A stretch of 64,000 nt of DNA from Harriotta raleighana (taxonomy: Eukaryota), in contig JBNZDD010013577.1 in assembly GCA_050575255.1 (NCBI GenBank), positions 88,228 to 152,227 of the forward strand, read 5' to 3'. The notes beneath the pieces are model-generated. The model saw nothing but the letters and a program-made list of their open reading frames with translations, did not search any database and had not been told where the DNA came from. Below are positions 49,401-61,400 of this stretch, piece by piece. Position 1 is the first letter of the stretch. Every line of letters starts with the position of its first letter. The translations under genes were made by a program, and so were the position numbers.

Positions 49401-52400
49401 GGATAGAACTGAAATCAACTTACCGATCATTGTACCTTTTCTGAGTGATTGATGACATTAAAATCTATTTGCCTTACGATAGAGAGGGGATATTAAAGAA
49501 TCAATCTTATGCTTTGATTTCGAAGTAAAATGCTTTTCCTTGTACATTTGCCTTCCTCCTTTGGATTTATCTAAAATTCTAATAAATTGGCTTCTCATCC
49601 ACTTGTAGTTTGTAGGACATCACGGGCACAATTAGCTGTTGTGTTTATACTGTACCTCCTTAACACCATCTATTTAATTTCCAGTGAATCACTGTTTGTA
49701 AGGGACTTTGAGGCTTTTTTTTGTGTAGGTGTATGCAAGTTGTTAGTCTGGAATCCTATGACTTTCAGTAAGTAACCAAAAAAAAAACAACAAAACCAAT
49801 TTACGGTTTACGGAGTGTTTATAATGATAAGATAACATGATAGTCACACATTTGATTTGATTTGGCATTTGATTGTTCCTATTTAACATACCCACTTCTG
49901 CTTGTATAGCAATGTTTCACATGATGTGTGGTCTCAATCTTGCAGTTGCTCTAAAATGTGGATCCACCGGGTAACTCAGTTGAGATTTTTGGGACCTTTC
50001 CTTTGCTATTTGAATTCTAGTATGTCCACTCAGCCCTTTTTTGGAATATGTACAGTCAGTAAAGATGTATAAACATGGAAGGTGAGACTCAAAGTCTCAT
50101 GAGTCAATATACTGTAACACACAGGAGTTTGTTTCTTTTACAAATAGAATTTACCTTGTGAGGTAAACTAGATTGATATCAACAACAACAATCAAATTAT
50201 ATTGATAGAGTGCCTTTAATGTTGAGAGGACATTCGAAGGCGCTGAACAGTTAGATCGGAACCCAACTGGCGGGGAGGGGGGGCGAGGGGGAAGGGTCAG
50301 TGTAGGGGCGGGGGGAAGGAGAGTAGGAAATGGGGGAGAGTTAAGAGGGCAGCAGAATGCACGGTCAAAGAGGAAGGTCTTGAGACCAGCCTTGAAGGAG
50401 GAAAGTGAGGAAGTGAGACAAAGGGATGGCGGGATGGGGTTCCAGAGAGTAGGGGCAGAGAGGCTGAAAGGTTTGGGCATGGTACATGGAGCAGGCCAGA
50501 GCCCACTGAACTGGAGACGGGCGAGGGTGGGAGTGATGTGATCGTGGATCCTAGTGCAGGAGAGTACACGAGCTGCAGAGTTCTGAATAATCTGCAGCTT
50601 GTGAAGGGAGGAGTTTCGAATGCTGAAGAGGAGAGAGAGTTCCCATAATCGAGTCTAGATGTGATGAATGGGGATTTAAAATAAGCCTACTTAACATTAA
50701 ACCTTGGGCAAGTTTTTTTGCTCCACATGCCTAATAATAATCCCTCAAAAAAAGCAATAATAAATTGATCATTTCAATCCGCGACTGTATGTGGGACACT
50801 GCTGTCCGCAATTGGCTGCTGCGTATTGCCCACATATATACAGTCAATTCACTTTATAGTATCAAACAAAACACAAAATACTACGGATACTGGGAGTTTG
50901 AAACAAAAACAGAAGTTGCTGGGGAAACTCAGCAGGTCAGGCAGCATCCATGGAGAAAGGAAAGTGATTCAACGTTTCGGGTCCAAGACCCTTCGTCAGG
51001 GTCACTTTCACATTTACTCACTTTCCTTTCTCCATGGATTCTGCCTGACCTGCTGAGTTTCCCCAGCAACTTCTGTTTTTGTTTCACTTTCTAGTATATT
51101 CTGTGAAGCGTTTTGAGATGTCTAGATGACATTAAAAGGCGCTATATTAAATGCAAATATTATTATTATTATTATGCTGATGGTATACACTGAAAATATG
51201 TTGGACCTGTTAGGTATACAGTATAATGTTTACAATACATATCAAATGTACTATATCAAATGCAAGGATTATGTCCCACATGTAAACTTCTTGTATGCAT
51301 AGAGTAAAAACTGCTGTATTCCTAAACCTGCTCTGTTTGTTTTTTAAGGCCTGGATGAGTCAAACATTTCTGTAAACCTTCTTTTGTTATTTGTAAATGT
51401 GGAACTTGGCCTCTCTGATCTTATTCTTGGGAAACCCCCGTATAACTCACATTATGTTAGAGCAGTATCCCCTGGATGAACTCTGAAATTTTCAGTCAAC
51501 TAAATAATCCAAAGTAAACTGATATACAAGCAAAATTCAGGGTGTGGCTGTCATGTTTGGGCACCACCAATATTCAGATATTGGAGAGGGGTTGGTAATA
51601 CAAAACAAATTTTAAAATGTTAACCTACATAGCGAAGTGANATATTGGAGATTTTGTTGGTAATACAAAACAAATTTTAAAATGTTAACCTACATAGCGA
51701 AGTGAATGTGTTTGGGAATTTTAATCCTCATTCTCTGTATTGGTACACCTTTTCATTCGAACTCTGTAACTCATAGAGACTGTTATATTGATATTGGATA
51801 ACTATAAAGGATCTGTTTTTCACAGAGTTGAACATCACTGAGGTGGAAGGGTATGTGAGCGAGCAGGTGGTGAACATCAATGCCAGTTTGCCCAGTGTCC
51901 AGAGCAATGAGTGCTATATTGAGAGAGCGGTGGCCAGCTGGGCAGTGTCCTTTGAAAGACTTCTACAGGACCCCATTGGTGTCAAGTATTTCACTGTGAG
52001 TATTGAATGCTGGAGTCCAGCATTGTCATGCTTTGATCTCCAGAAGAGTTCTGTTCATCATTACTGTCACAAGTGCTCTAGATACATCTATGTGTTGAGG
52101 AGACAAAAACAAGAGAGGGCATGGAACCCATTACATCATTATCAGTTACATAATTTTTTTGTTGCATCATTATCAGTGGTGTTTGACACTAACCAAGACA
52201 AATAATCCTCAATAGTAACAAGAACTTGCAGCCTCTTTCATGTGAAGTAATATCTCAAAGCACTTGAGAAACCTAATTGTGGCAACAAATAGAGAAATTA
52301 GAGATTTAACACTATTGATGAAAGGTCTAAACTGTTTTATTTGGTGATATGTTGCTTTGGTAGAAACTCATTTCTCTTCAAAGTGCAATATTTGAAATTG

Positions 52401-55400
52401 TGCTAACTATTATAATGACAATAAATTATGTCTAGTTTGGGAAATAAGGATTTTCATGTTAAAACGATTCAGGCAGGAACATTTATCTGCTAGCAAGGAA
52501 ATTATATACAAAATACTCAATTGCTAAATTTTACAGTGAATCCTGTTTGCGATGCCATCCTGAGGTTAAAACTGGTCTATTTATTGTCTCTCTCTTTTTC
52601 AGGCATTTTTAAAAAAAGAATTTAGCGCAGAAAACATTCTGTTCTGGCAGGCCTGCGAGTCCTTTCAGCAGATCCCAGCAAGTGACTCAAAGCAAGTAAG
52701 TCTCTAAGTGCCTTCACCAAAAGATTAATTAACGACTGGAACAGGGTATCAGGAAAGGTGGTTGAGGCCAGACACTGAACTCTTTTTTTTTAAAAAACTT
52801 GATGCTGTGAGGTGGATAGGGAATGTTAAGGTGAGTGATCTGGAAGTAAGAAATGAGATGGGCCGATAGGCCTTCTTCATCCAAACCAATCTTGTGATAA
52901 GTGCAATGATTGACTTTTTCCCAATAAATATGATGAAGAGTTTGGTGATAAAATTAATAATTGCTGCAGTTCGTGTTTAATGTGAGCATTCCTAGCTTCC
53001 CATGAAACTGCTGTAATACCTGCTTGGCCAATGTTCACAATGGCCCAGTGCTTGCTCTAACTTTAATTGTGTTCACCTTTGGTACCGGTGAACAGCTATC
53101 TGTTTTGTCAGTTTGAAATCTTTTCTTTCCTTCTGTTTCTAGAATTAGTTTCTGGGCTGGATCCATTTAGCAGTTGCAAAACTTCACATTTTCCCCAGAC
53201 CAGAACATTTTATTTTGTGCTTGAAATTGAGACAAGTCAGCGTATTACAGCAGATTTAGTATTACTGAAAGCTGTGGTGATTTGATTATTTGTTCACTGC
53301 ACGTTCTTTCTCTTTCTCACCTTCTCTCTCTGTATACAGCTTGCAGAGGTAGCTCGGGAGATCTTTAACACCTACCTGTCCAGTAGTTCTCTGAGCCCCA
53401 TCAACATTGACAAGCAAGCTCAGCTGGAGGAGGATGTACTGAACTCACCCACTTCAGACATGTTTAAGGCACAACAACTTCAGGTATTGTCTGTCGGTCC
53501 CAGCCATACTTAAGATTTCTAACCCAATCTCTAGAAGCCATTACATGGAGAGACAGTCTCTTCACAGAATAGCATTCAACAAAGCTTTTAGTTTGTTTCT
53601 GAAGACATGTTGTGTTCGAAATGTGAATTGCGTCTCTAGTATTTGATGTGATGACAACAATGACAGCTGGCTTGTCTCCTTCCCCCTAATAATGAAGACA
53701 ATTATTTCTCAAATATTTAGTTGGGTTATGATCAAATACAGGATATACAAATGATTGAAATCAGACCTAATGGATTTGGATGGTGAAGTGACAATATCTT
53801 TGGGTCGTATTGTTTGTGTCTACATCATGTTCTCACTCCAAGTCCTAGTGACTATGAACATTCGAAGATCAGGGGAAGTGGTCAATCAAACCCAAAAGCA
53901 GAAAAGGCACATGTGACATATCACAGTGTGGTCACAATTATCTCACATCAGGATAAATAGTTGAAGAGAAACAATGTAAGAAATCGGGATGGGAAAGAAC
54001 AGAGAATTGGAATTGGATTGTGTAACTCAATTGAAGTTATATGCTGTACTGTAATTGGAAGAAAGTATATAGCTCCATTACAACAGAGCAAATGGCCTTC
54101 TACTGTGGGTCATGTCTATGGTACATCTGCTTATCCTCTTGTCATATGATCTTTATCTCTGGGAGAGAATTCCATGCTCTGAAAGGAACGATCCTTATTG
54201 TTTGGGGTTTGTGCCCAGTCAAAGTGATCTCACAAATTACACCAAAACACTTGGTGTTTAGTATTTTAGTATTAGTAAAATACTCTTGATTTATTGAATC
54301 CCACAAGCTTCAATATATAGTATATATATTCCCATATTTAGAGCATTCGACACAAGCATGCCCATAATCCTTTTACAGCAATTGATAATATTATATCAAT
54401 ATAACTTTAACAAGGTCTAATACAGTATACCATACTTTAAGATATCTAGTGACTGAGCCTCAATACTTGGGCCACCAGGGATAAACAAATAGAGTAACCT
54501 TACACCAAATTCACATCTCCTCAAAGTTCCTGAGATTCAGAGTTTTATAATTAGTAATGTTAGAGTCAAGTGTTAAAATTCCAAACCTTGACAGCTCCCG
54601 TATAACTCCACTCTAGGATCTTGAATTCGATCCACTGGGGGATGGGGATCCAATGGAGCTGGGCATGGGTGGGTGTGATGGGGTGGCGGAGTCTGGTGCG
54701 GGAGAAGACACGAGCTACAGAGTTCTGGATGATCTGCAGCTTGTGAAGGAAAGAGCTGGGAAGGGAAGGCCGATGAGTGGGAAGTTTCCGTAGTCAAGAA
54801 TTCATTGGTGAGGGTCTCTTTAAGCGCTCTGAGACGCCGTCCGGCATGGAGAGCACTAAATAAATTGAAGTTGTTGTTGTTGTTGTCTCGGAAGCCTGAT
54901 GGGTGAGGCAGTGGCGGAGTCTGGCAATTTTACAAAGGCGGTGGAAGGCAGTGCTTGGTGATGACAAGGATGTGGGGAAGGAAGGACAGTTCAGGGACAA
55001 ACAAGACTCAGGTTCTTGAATGGCTTTGTTAGTTGGAGATTGCAGCCGTGGAGGCTGATGTGGCCAGCGCCTGAGGTGCGGAGGTGCTGACGCAAGCCAA
55101 ACAGGAGGGCTACAGTCTTGCTGACATTCAGCTAAGGAAAATTATCCCTCATCCAGGGCTCAATCTTAAAGTATGTAACAGACCATGTAATTCCGAACAT
55201 CTGTGCCTCTCTCCCTGAATCCAAACACTCACCACATTAACCGCTTACTACCATACACCCTGTTATTGTCATTGAGTCACTGTTATAATGACAGACAAAC
55301 AGCATTATTAATGGCTATTTGTTTGTAGATCTTCAACCTGATGAAGTTTGACAGCTACGCCCGTTTTGCAAGGTCCCCACTTTACCAACAATGCATGTTG

Positions 55401-58400
55401 GCTGAAGTTGAAAGCCGACCTCTTCCTGACATTGAGCTATGTAAACAGAGTCCAGTTTCGGAACACAAGAGTAATGGGAATGGCTCGAGCCCCTCCGGTT
55501 CCAAGAAGGTAAAACCTCCCCTATTCTATGTGAAGCCTTCTACATTCAACAGGACAGTTGAATGTAGATGGTTTCATACAGGAATTGTATTATGTGGTTG
55601 TTGATGGAAAGAATATTCAGTTTTGATAGTTCCTTATTTTTCAATAATTGGTTGGATTTTCCAATTTCTCCAAATTAAAAAAACAAAATTCCCTTTAGTA
55701 AAGGTTCTTTTTCCTTTTTTTGTTTTAAACTACAAAAATAGCCAACTTCCACATGAAATGTTTGCAGACAGTACCTCTGATTTGCATCGAATAGACATGG
55801 GATGGTATATGGGAAGCGAGTTCCACCCCAACCTTATGGCCCAGAAGTTAGCACATTTTTTATTGGCTCCTTTACAATAAACATTAAACACATATCAACA
55901 TGATCCAACAAAATAAGAGATTTGAAAACCACACAACACTTAAATATATTGTACAAAAAGGTTGTGTGTTCAAATCTCCATCCCCCATCAACTCCCCATT
56001 GGTTCTTAATAGTTTAGGCCGTAAGCTTAAAATGTAAAGAGAAAATGCTGAATACAAGAGAACTAGATGATTCCTCTTTCCTTTTCAAGATTGTACTCAT
56101 TTGAGTTTCTTGAGCAGCTGAGCAGTATGAACATTATGGGATATAGGGAAAGAGCTGAAAATAAACATGTAGCAGAGACTCAGATACCATCAGCTAAATG
56201 GCTTTCTTCCGTGCTGAAATTTTTTATTTCTGTAGGCATTATAAAAGTGCAAGTTCCTTCTTTTTTAATAGACAATAGTGTGCGTAAATTTACTGCTACT
56301 TCACAGATAAAGTGAAAATAAATACAATAATGTTTCCATCTGATTTGTCGTCTACAATTAAAATGATTTAAAGTGCTTCGCAGGTTATTATTGTAAAGTG
56401 ACTGTAAGATTCAAGGGTCTGGTTTAGTATTTCTCAGGTATGTTTCAAAGTTAAAGCAATACGTTGACCCTGCCTACTGTCAGAAACCATTAATGCTGGT
56501 TGAGATGAATATCGATCCCCCTTGTTATTAGGAACATACTAATTGTCAGCAGGAGGCCATTCATTCCATTAAGATTAAAATAATAATCCTTTGTTTTGAT
56601 ATGGTTGATATGGCAGAAGCAGAAACTCAAATCAGGCAAGTCATTTTCTGGGAGCAATCTGGAAAGCTCTGAGAGAAGAGGAGGAATTGTAGAAAAGCCC
56701 ATCTGGAGAAGTTCAAGCAAGTTAACCAGGAGGAAAGAGAAGAGGGACTCCTTGGGAGGTTAGTGAGTGGATGAATTTACAATGATCTAAATCATGAGAA
56801 ACTATAATTGATAACATAACAATTCTTGCATTTCATATAGTGCTTTAAGTCTTCTAGACATCTCAGAGAACTTCAGAGAACATACTGTAAACTGAATTGA
56901 CTATATTTGTGGGAGAAATGTGGCAGCCAATTGCATACAGCAGTGTCCCACAAACAGTCGTGGAGTGAAATAATGTTATTATTGTATTTTCCTGAGGGAT
57001 TAACTCCATATGCCTCTGTATACCTAGCAGTAAGTAGGAACCCAATTGTTAGTCGATTGGCAGGTTGGGTTTCCAAGGATAATAACAACAACAACAAAAT
57101 TACACTTGTAGGCATTATAAAAGTGCAATTCTCTTTTGGGGTAGAATTTTCCACCCCATGTTCAAGGACTGAGCATCTGTAAACCTTTGGGGTAGAATTT
57201 TCTACCCCAAAGGGCTGTAGATGCTCAGTCCTTGAACATGTTCAAGACTGAGATTCACAGATTTCTTGTGGATAAAGGGATTAAGGAATATGGGATAAAG
57301 TGGGTAGGTGTAGTTAGAATAGATCAGCCATGATCTTATTGAATGGTGGGGAAGGCTCAAGGGGCTGAATGGCCTACTCCTGCCCCTAATTCTTAAGTTC
57401 TTATATATAGTACCTTTCACGTCAGGAGGACATCCCAACGGACTGGACAGTCACTGTTTCAGACCTGAGCTGGGGATGGTGGTGGAGGGAAGGGGGGGAT
57501 TAGGAGTTGGCGAGCAGGTTGGTAAGGGGTTAGGAGGTCAAGGATGTAGAGTGGAGCGAGGTTGTGGAGGGCTTCAAATGTGAGGACCAGGATCTTAAAT
57601 TGGATCTTCTGGATGATGGGAAGCCGATGCAGTCGGGCAAGGATGGGGGAGATGGGGTCATGGAGTTTGGAACAATAGAGGACACGGGCTGCAGAGTTCT
57701 GGATTATCTGCAGCCTGTGGAGGAAGGAGTTGGGAAGGCCAGCAAGCAGGGTATTTGCATAGTCGAGCCAATTCTTTTAACAAATAACAACAACAAAAGT
57801 TTGGTCATCAGATGATCCACCTGATCGTATCTATTAAATAATCAATCTTATTGTTCTAGTCATTTTGATTTATGATTAAAAGACAGTGATGTTATATTTA
57901 TCAGACACAGGTGTAGGGGAAAGGATGGAAAACGAATGAAGAAAGAACAATTGTCAGTGATTGAGGAAGAAGGGAGTGAATGAAAGGGGAAGGGAAGGTG
58001 GGGGAGACAAGTGTGAACAAATGTGGCAGTTGAAGTAAGAGAGATCTAAAAGGCAGAAAAGAGAGTAAGTACACAGACGACAAAGAATAGACAGAGATAT
58101 ACTGAATGTTAGTGACCGAGTATATAAAGGAAAGAGTCAGAGTATGAGAGAACTGTGGAATGGGGAAAGAACATGTACGTCAATTTGCAAGACACACAAA
58201 AAGAGACAGACAGAGTGATGACACAAAGACAGAACAAACCTAGAGGGTGATGGGATAGGGATAGAAAAGGGCACAAAGACAGGAGCCGAAGGAGACAATG
58301 TCAGAAATACACTTGGAGACAAACAGGAGAGAGACAAATTCACAAATAAAATATAGTTACACTTTCTTCCAAAAGTTTTCTCAGCAGACCTTTGTTCCTA

Positions 58401-61400
58401 GGTAAACCTTCTCCTTATTGCCCACCCTGAGAGAGGCTATTTTACCAGTTTAATCTGTTTTTCTTCTTTTAGCAGAATTTACAGAAAGCAATGGATTTTC
58501 CCTGACCCGTCGAGAATCACAGGGATCAGTCTATTCCACAGCCAGTGTTGAACTTGGCTTCCTCAGCTCTCTCACTGCCAGACCCGAGAAATCAGAGGTA
58601 CAACAGCACAACCTGAAAGTCCCACAATTGGGGTTTATGGGAACAGGAAGAGGCCTTTCAGACCATTAAGCATATTCCACTGATTTATTGGAGCAATCCA
58701 GATCTTTTATACAGCACGGCAAAAGGATCATAGAGAGTTCTTTATCCAATTAATAAAGTACAAGAAAGCAGCACAGATTATGATAGGGATTAGGGGTTTA
58801 GGGATAAGGAACATTTTCGAAACTTGGGTCTGTTTCTTCTCAAGCAGAGAAGATTGAGAAGGGATCAAACACAGATCTTCAAACAAGTTGAAAGGCTTTG
58901 ACAATGAGTTATTCCCGCTGTTGATGAATTGCTGGACAGGAGGCACAAAATTCAGAGAAGAGTTAAAGGAAAGGTTAGAAGGATTTTTCTCATGAAGAGG
59001 ATTAGAACCATGAGTTGTTGTTGAAGCCCGACTATTACATTTAAAGTGATTGGAAACACAGATGGATAGGAATATTTAGAGGGTAAAATACAGGGATTGT
59101 GATAAAGGTAGTTGGATCTCATGGAGGAAAGAGCAGCATTATTGGTTTAATGGCTAAATGGCCCCCTTCTGTGTTATGAATATAATATTAATAATACAGT
59201 ACTCTTAAAATTGCTGTATGTTATTCACCTTATCATGTTTTGGTCATCAGTATATTTATTTTCAGTTTTTTGGGTGATTGTCACTTCTCTACTGATGGCA
59301 GTGACATATGCTGGTGTCTGAATCATGTGCACCATACTCTCCAGTACTTTGTCCAGGTGACCATTCCTTATGTTGGAATAGGGATCATAACTGCCTCTAG
59401 ACTGTTTAATGATTTAGGACAAGAACAAAGCCTGATCCAATTCAAAATCCCTGCACTTTATTACAGAAGTCAATGAATGGTAATTAAAAGTCCAAGTAAT
59501 GAATCTCTTCAGCACAGATTGTTGAACCCTATTTCATTGCCATGACTTCTATAGACATTAATTGTCTGTCTATAGAATGATGATTCAATCTGGTATTGTC
59601 TAGATCTATACCACTGTTGCTCTTAACACCTGAGCATTAGACTCACCTCAGGACCCTTTATGTTGCACTCAATATTGACCTAATGGAAGCTATAAAAACA
59701 ACTGGCATTTTTTTTAATATGTTGTGGTGATCTGGTTAGCAGAAGGAGTCTGCACTCAGATTGCTCTAAAAGCATTTAATTAGAAACGTACACATATTAG
59801 CTCTTAGTGTGGATGAGTGAAAATCGATGGAATTTTAATGTAATCTTTCCTTTCTGGCACAGAACGAGAAACCGATCAGTAGTGTTGCAGAGACGGAGAA
59901 AGAGCAATTGATAAAATATTGTTGCATTTACCTGCCTGATGGAACTGCCTCCTTAGTCAAAGTCGGTGCAGGTCTGACTATCCGAGAAGTGCTCTTCAAC
60001 ATCTGTGAGAGACATAGAATCCCAATGGCTGCTACAAATATCTATCTAGTCAGAAATGAGAAGGTACACTTGACAGTTTGTGATGTGGTGACTGATCTCA
60101 GAATTTCTGAGTAATAAAGAGCAAATTAGAATCCAAATTCTGATCTTCCTGCACTTGTTCTCTTCCCGAACTGGGGATAACATAGGGACAGATTATTGAC
60201 TGGAAATTCTCCCTATTGGAAGTTTGCTAATGAATATGCCCTGGCTTCAAGTGAATGGTTTCTAACAGGAAACTTGGCTGCCTTTTTTTCAATAAAAATT
60301 CATCTACAACAACAACAACAACAAAATTACACTTGTATAGTGCCTTTCACATTGGGAGGACGTTGCAAAGCACTGAACAGTCAGATCGGGACCCGAGCAT
60401 GGGGGGATGGGTCGGGGGTATGGGGAGGGGGAAGGAGAGTGGGAGAGTGGGAAGAGGTGGGAGCCGAAGGCGCNTGCAAAGCACTGAACAGTCAGATCGG
60501 GACCCGAACATGGGGGGATGGGTCGGGGGTATGGGGAGGGGGAAGGAGAGTGGGAGAGTGGGAAGAGGTGGGAGCCGAAGGCGCAGTTGAAGAGGAAGGT
60601 CTTGAGAATGGCCTTGAAGGAGGAAAGGGAGGAAGCAAGGCAGAGGGACTGCGGGATGGAATTCCAGAGTGTCGGGGCAGAGAGGCTGAAAGCCCGGCCA
60701 CCGATGGTTGGGCGGTTAGGGCGCGGTGGACGCGGAGCAGGCCTGAGTCTGCTGAACGGAGGGTGCGGGCAGGCTGCTAGGGAGACAGTAAGTCAGAGAG
60801 ATAGGCCGAGGCAAGGCCGTGAATGGCCTTGAAAGTGAGGACGAGGGTTTTGAATTCGAGTGAGAGATTTTAGTGAGAGATTTTTATTTGATTCACAGCT
60901 GTTTTTACAACTTTTTAACTTTAACATTTTTACTTTTAAAATGATCTTCAGCCCAGTCAGTATCTGGCTAAGAACTATACTGTGCTTACTGAGTATAGTA
61001 CAGAAATCCAAACGAGGCAATCATTCCAATTTGCTGTGTTCTGGAGTCGTGCAACAAAGTACTGTTTCTTCAAAACTGTTAGTCTGCATGAATTATGCTC
61101 ATTCTCTAAAGAACATATCTGTAAAAGATTGATCCTTTTCTCCCTTATTAACTTCAGAAACCACTGGCGCTAGACCAGGACAGTCTAATACTGAGTGACC
61201 AGGAGCTGCGATTAGAGAAGAAAGTACTTTTCGAGTAAGGATTCTATCTCGTTGCCTTTCCTCAGGTTTTGTTTTTAAGGAAGAAATTTATTGATATTGA
61301 AGATGGCTTTTCTTTCCATATAGAGTATAGAATCATAGAATCATAGAATTTTACAGTACAAAAGGAGGCCATTTGGCCCATCTAGTCTGTGCTGGCTCTT

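Noticed and set aside
60360-60585. Direct repeat in the 194-aa ORF; similar duplications at N36863, N51641, N62505 and N20870
   Set aside because: Each duplication flanks a single N and is most likely a scaffolding artefact; the ORF is antisense L2.
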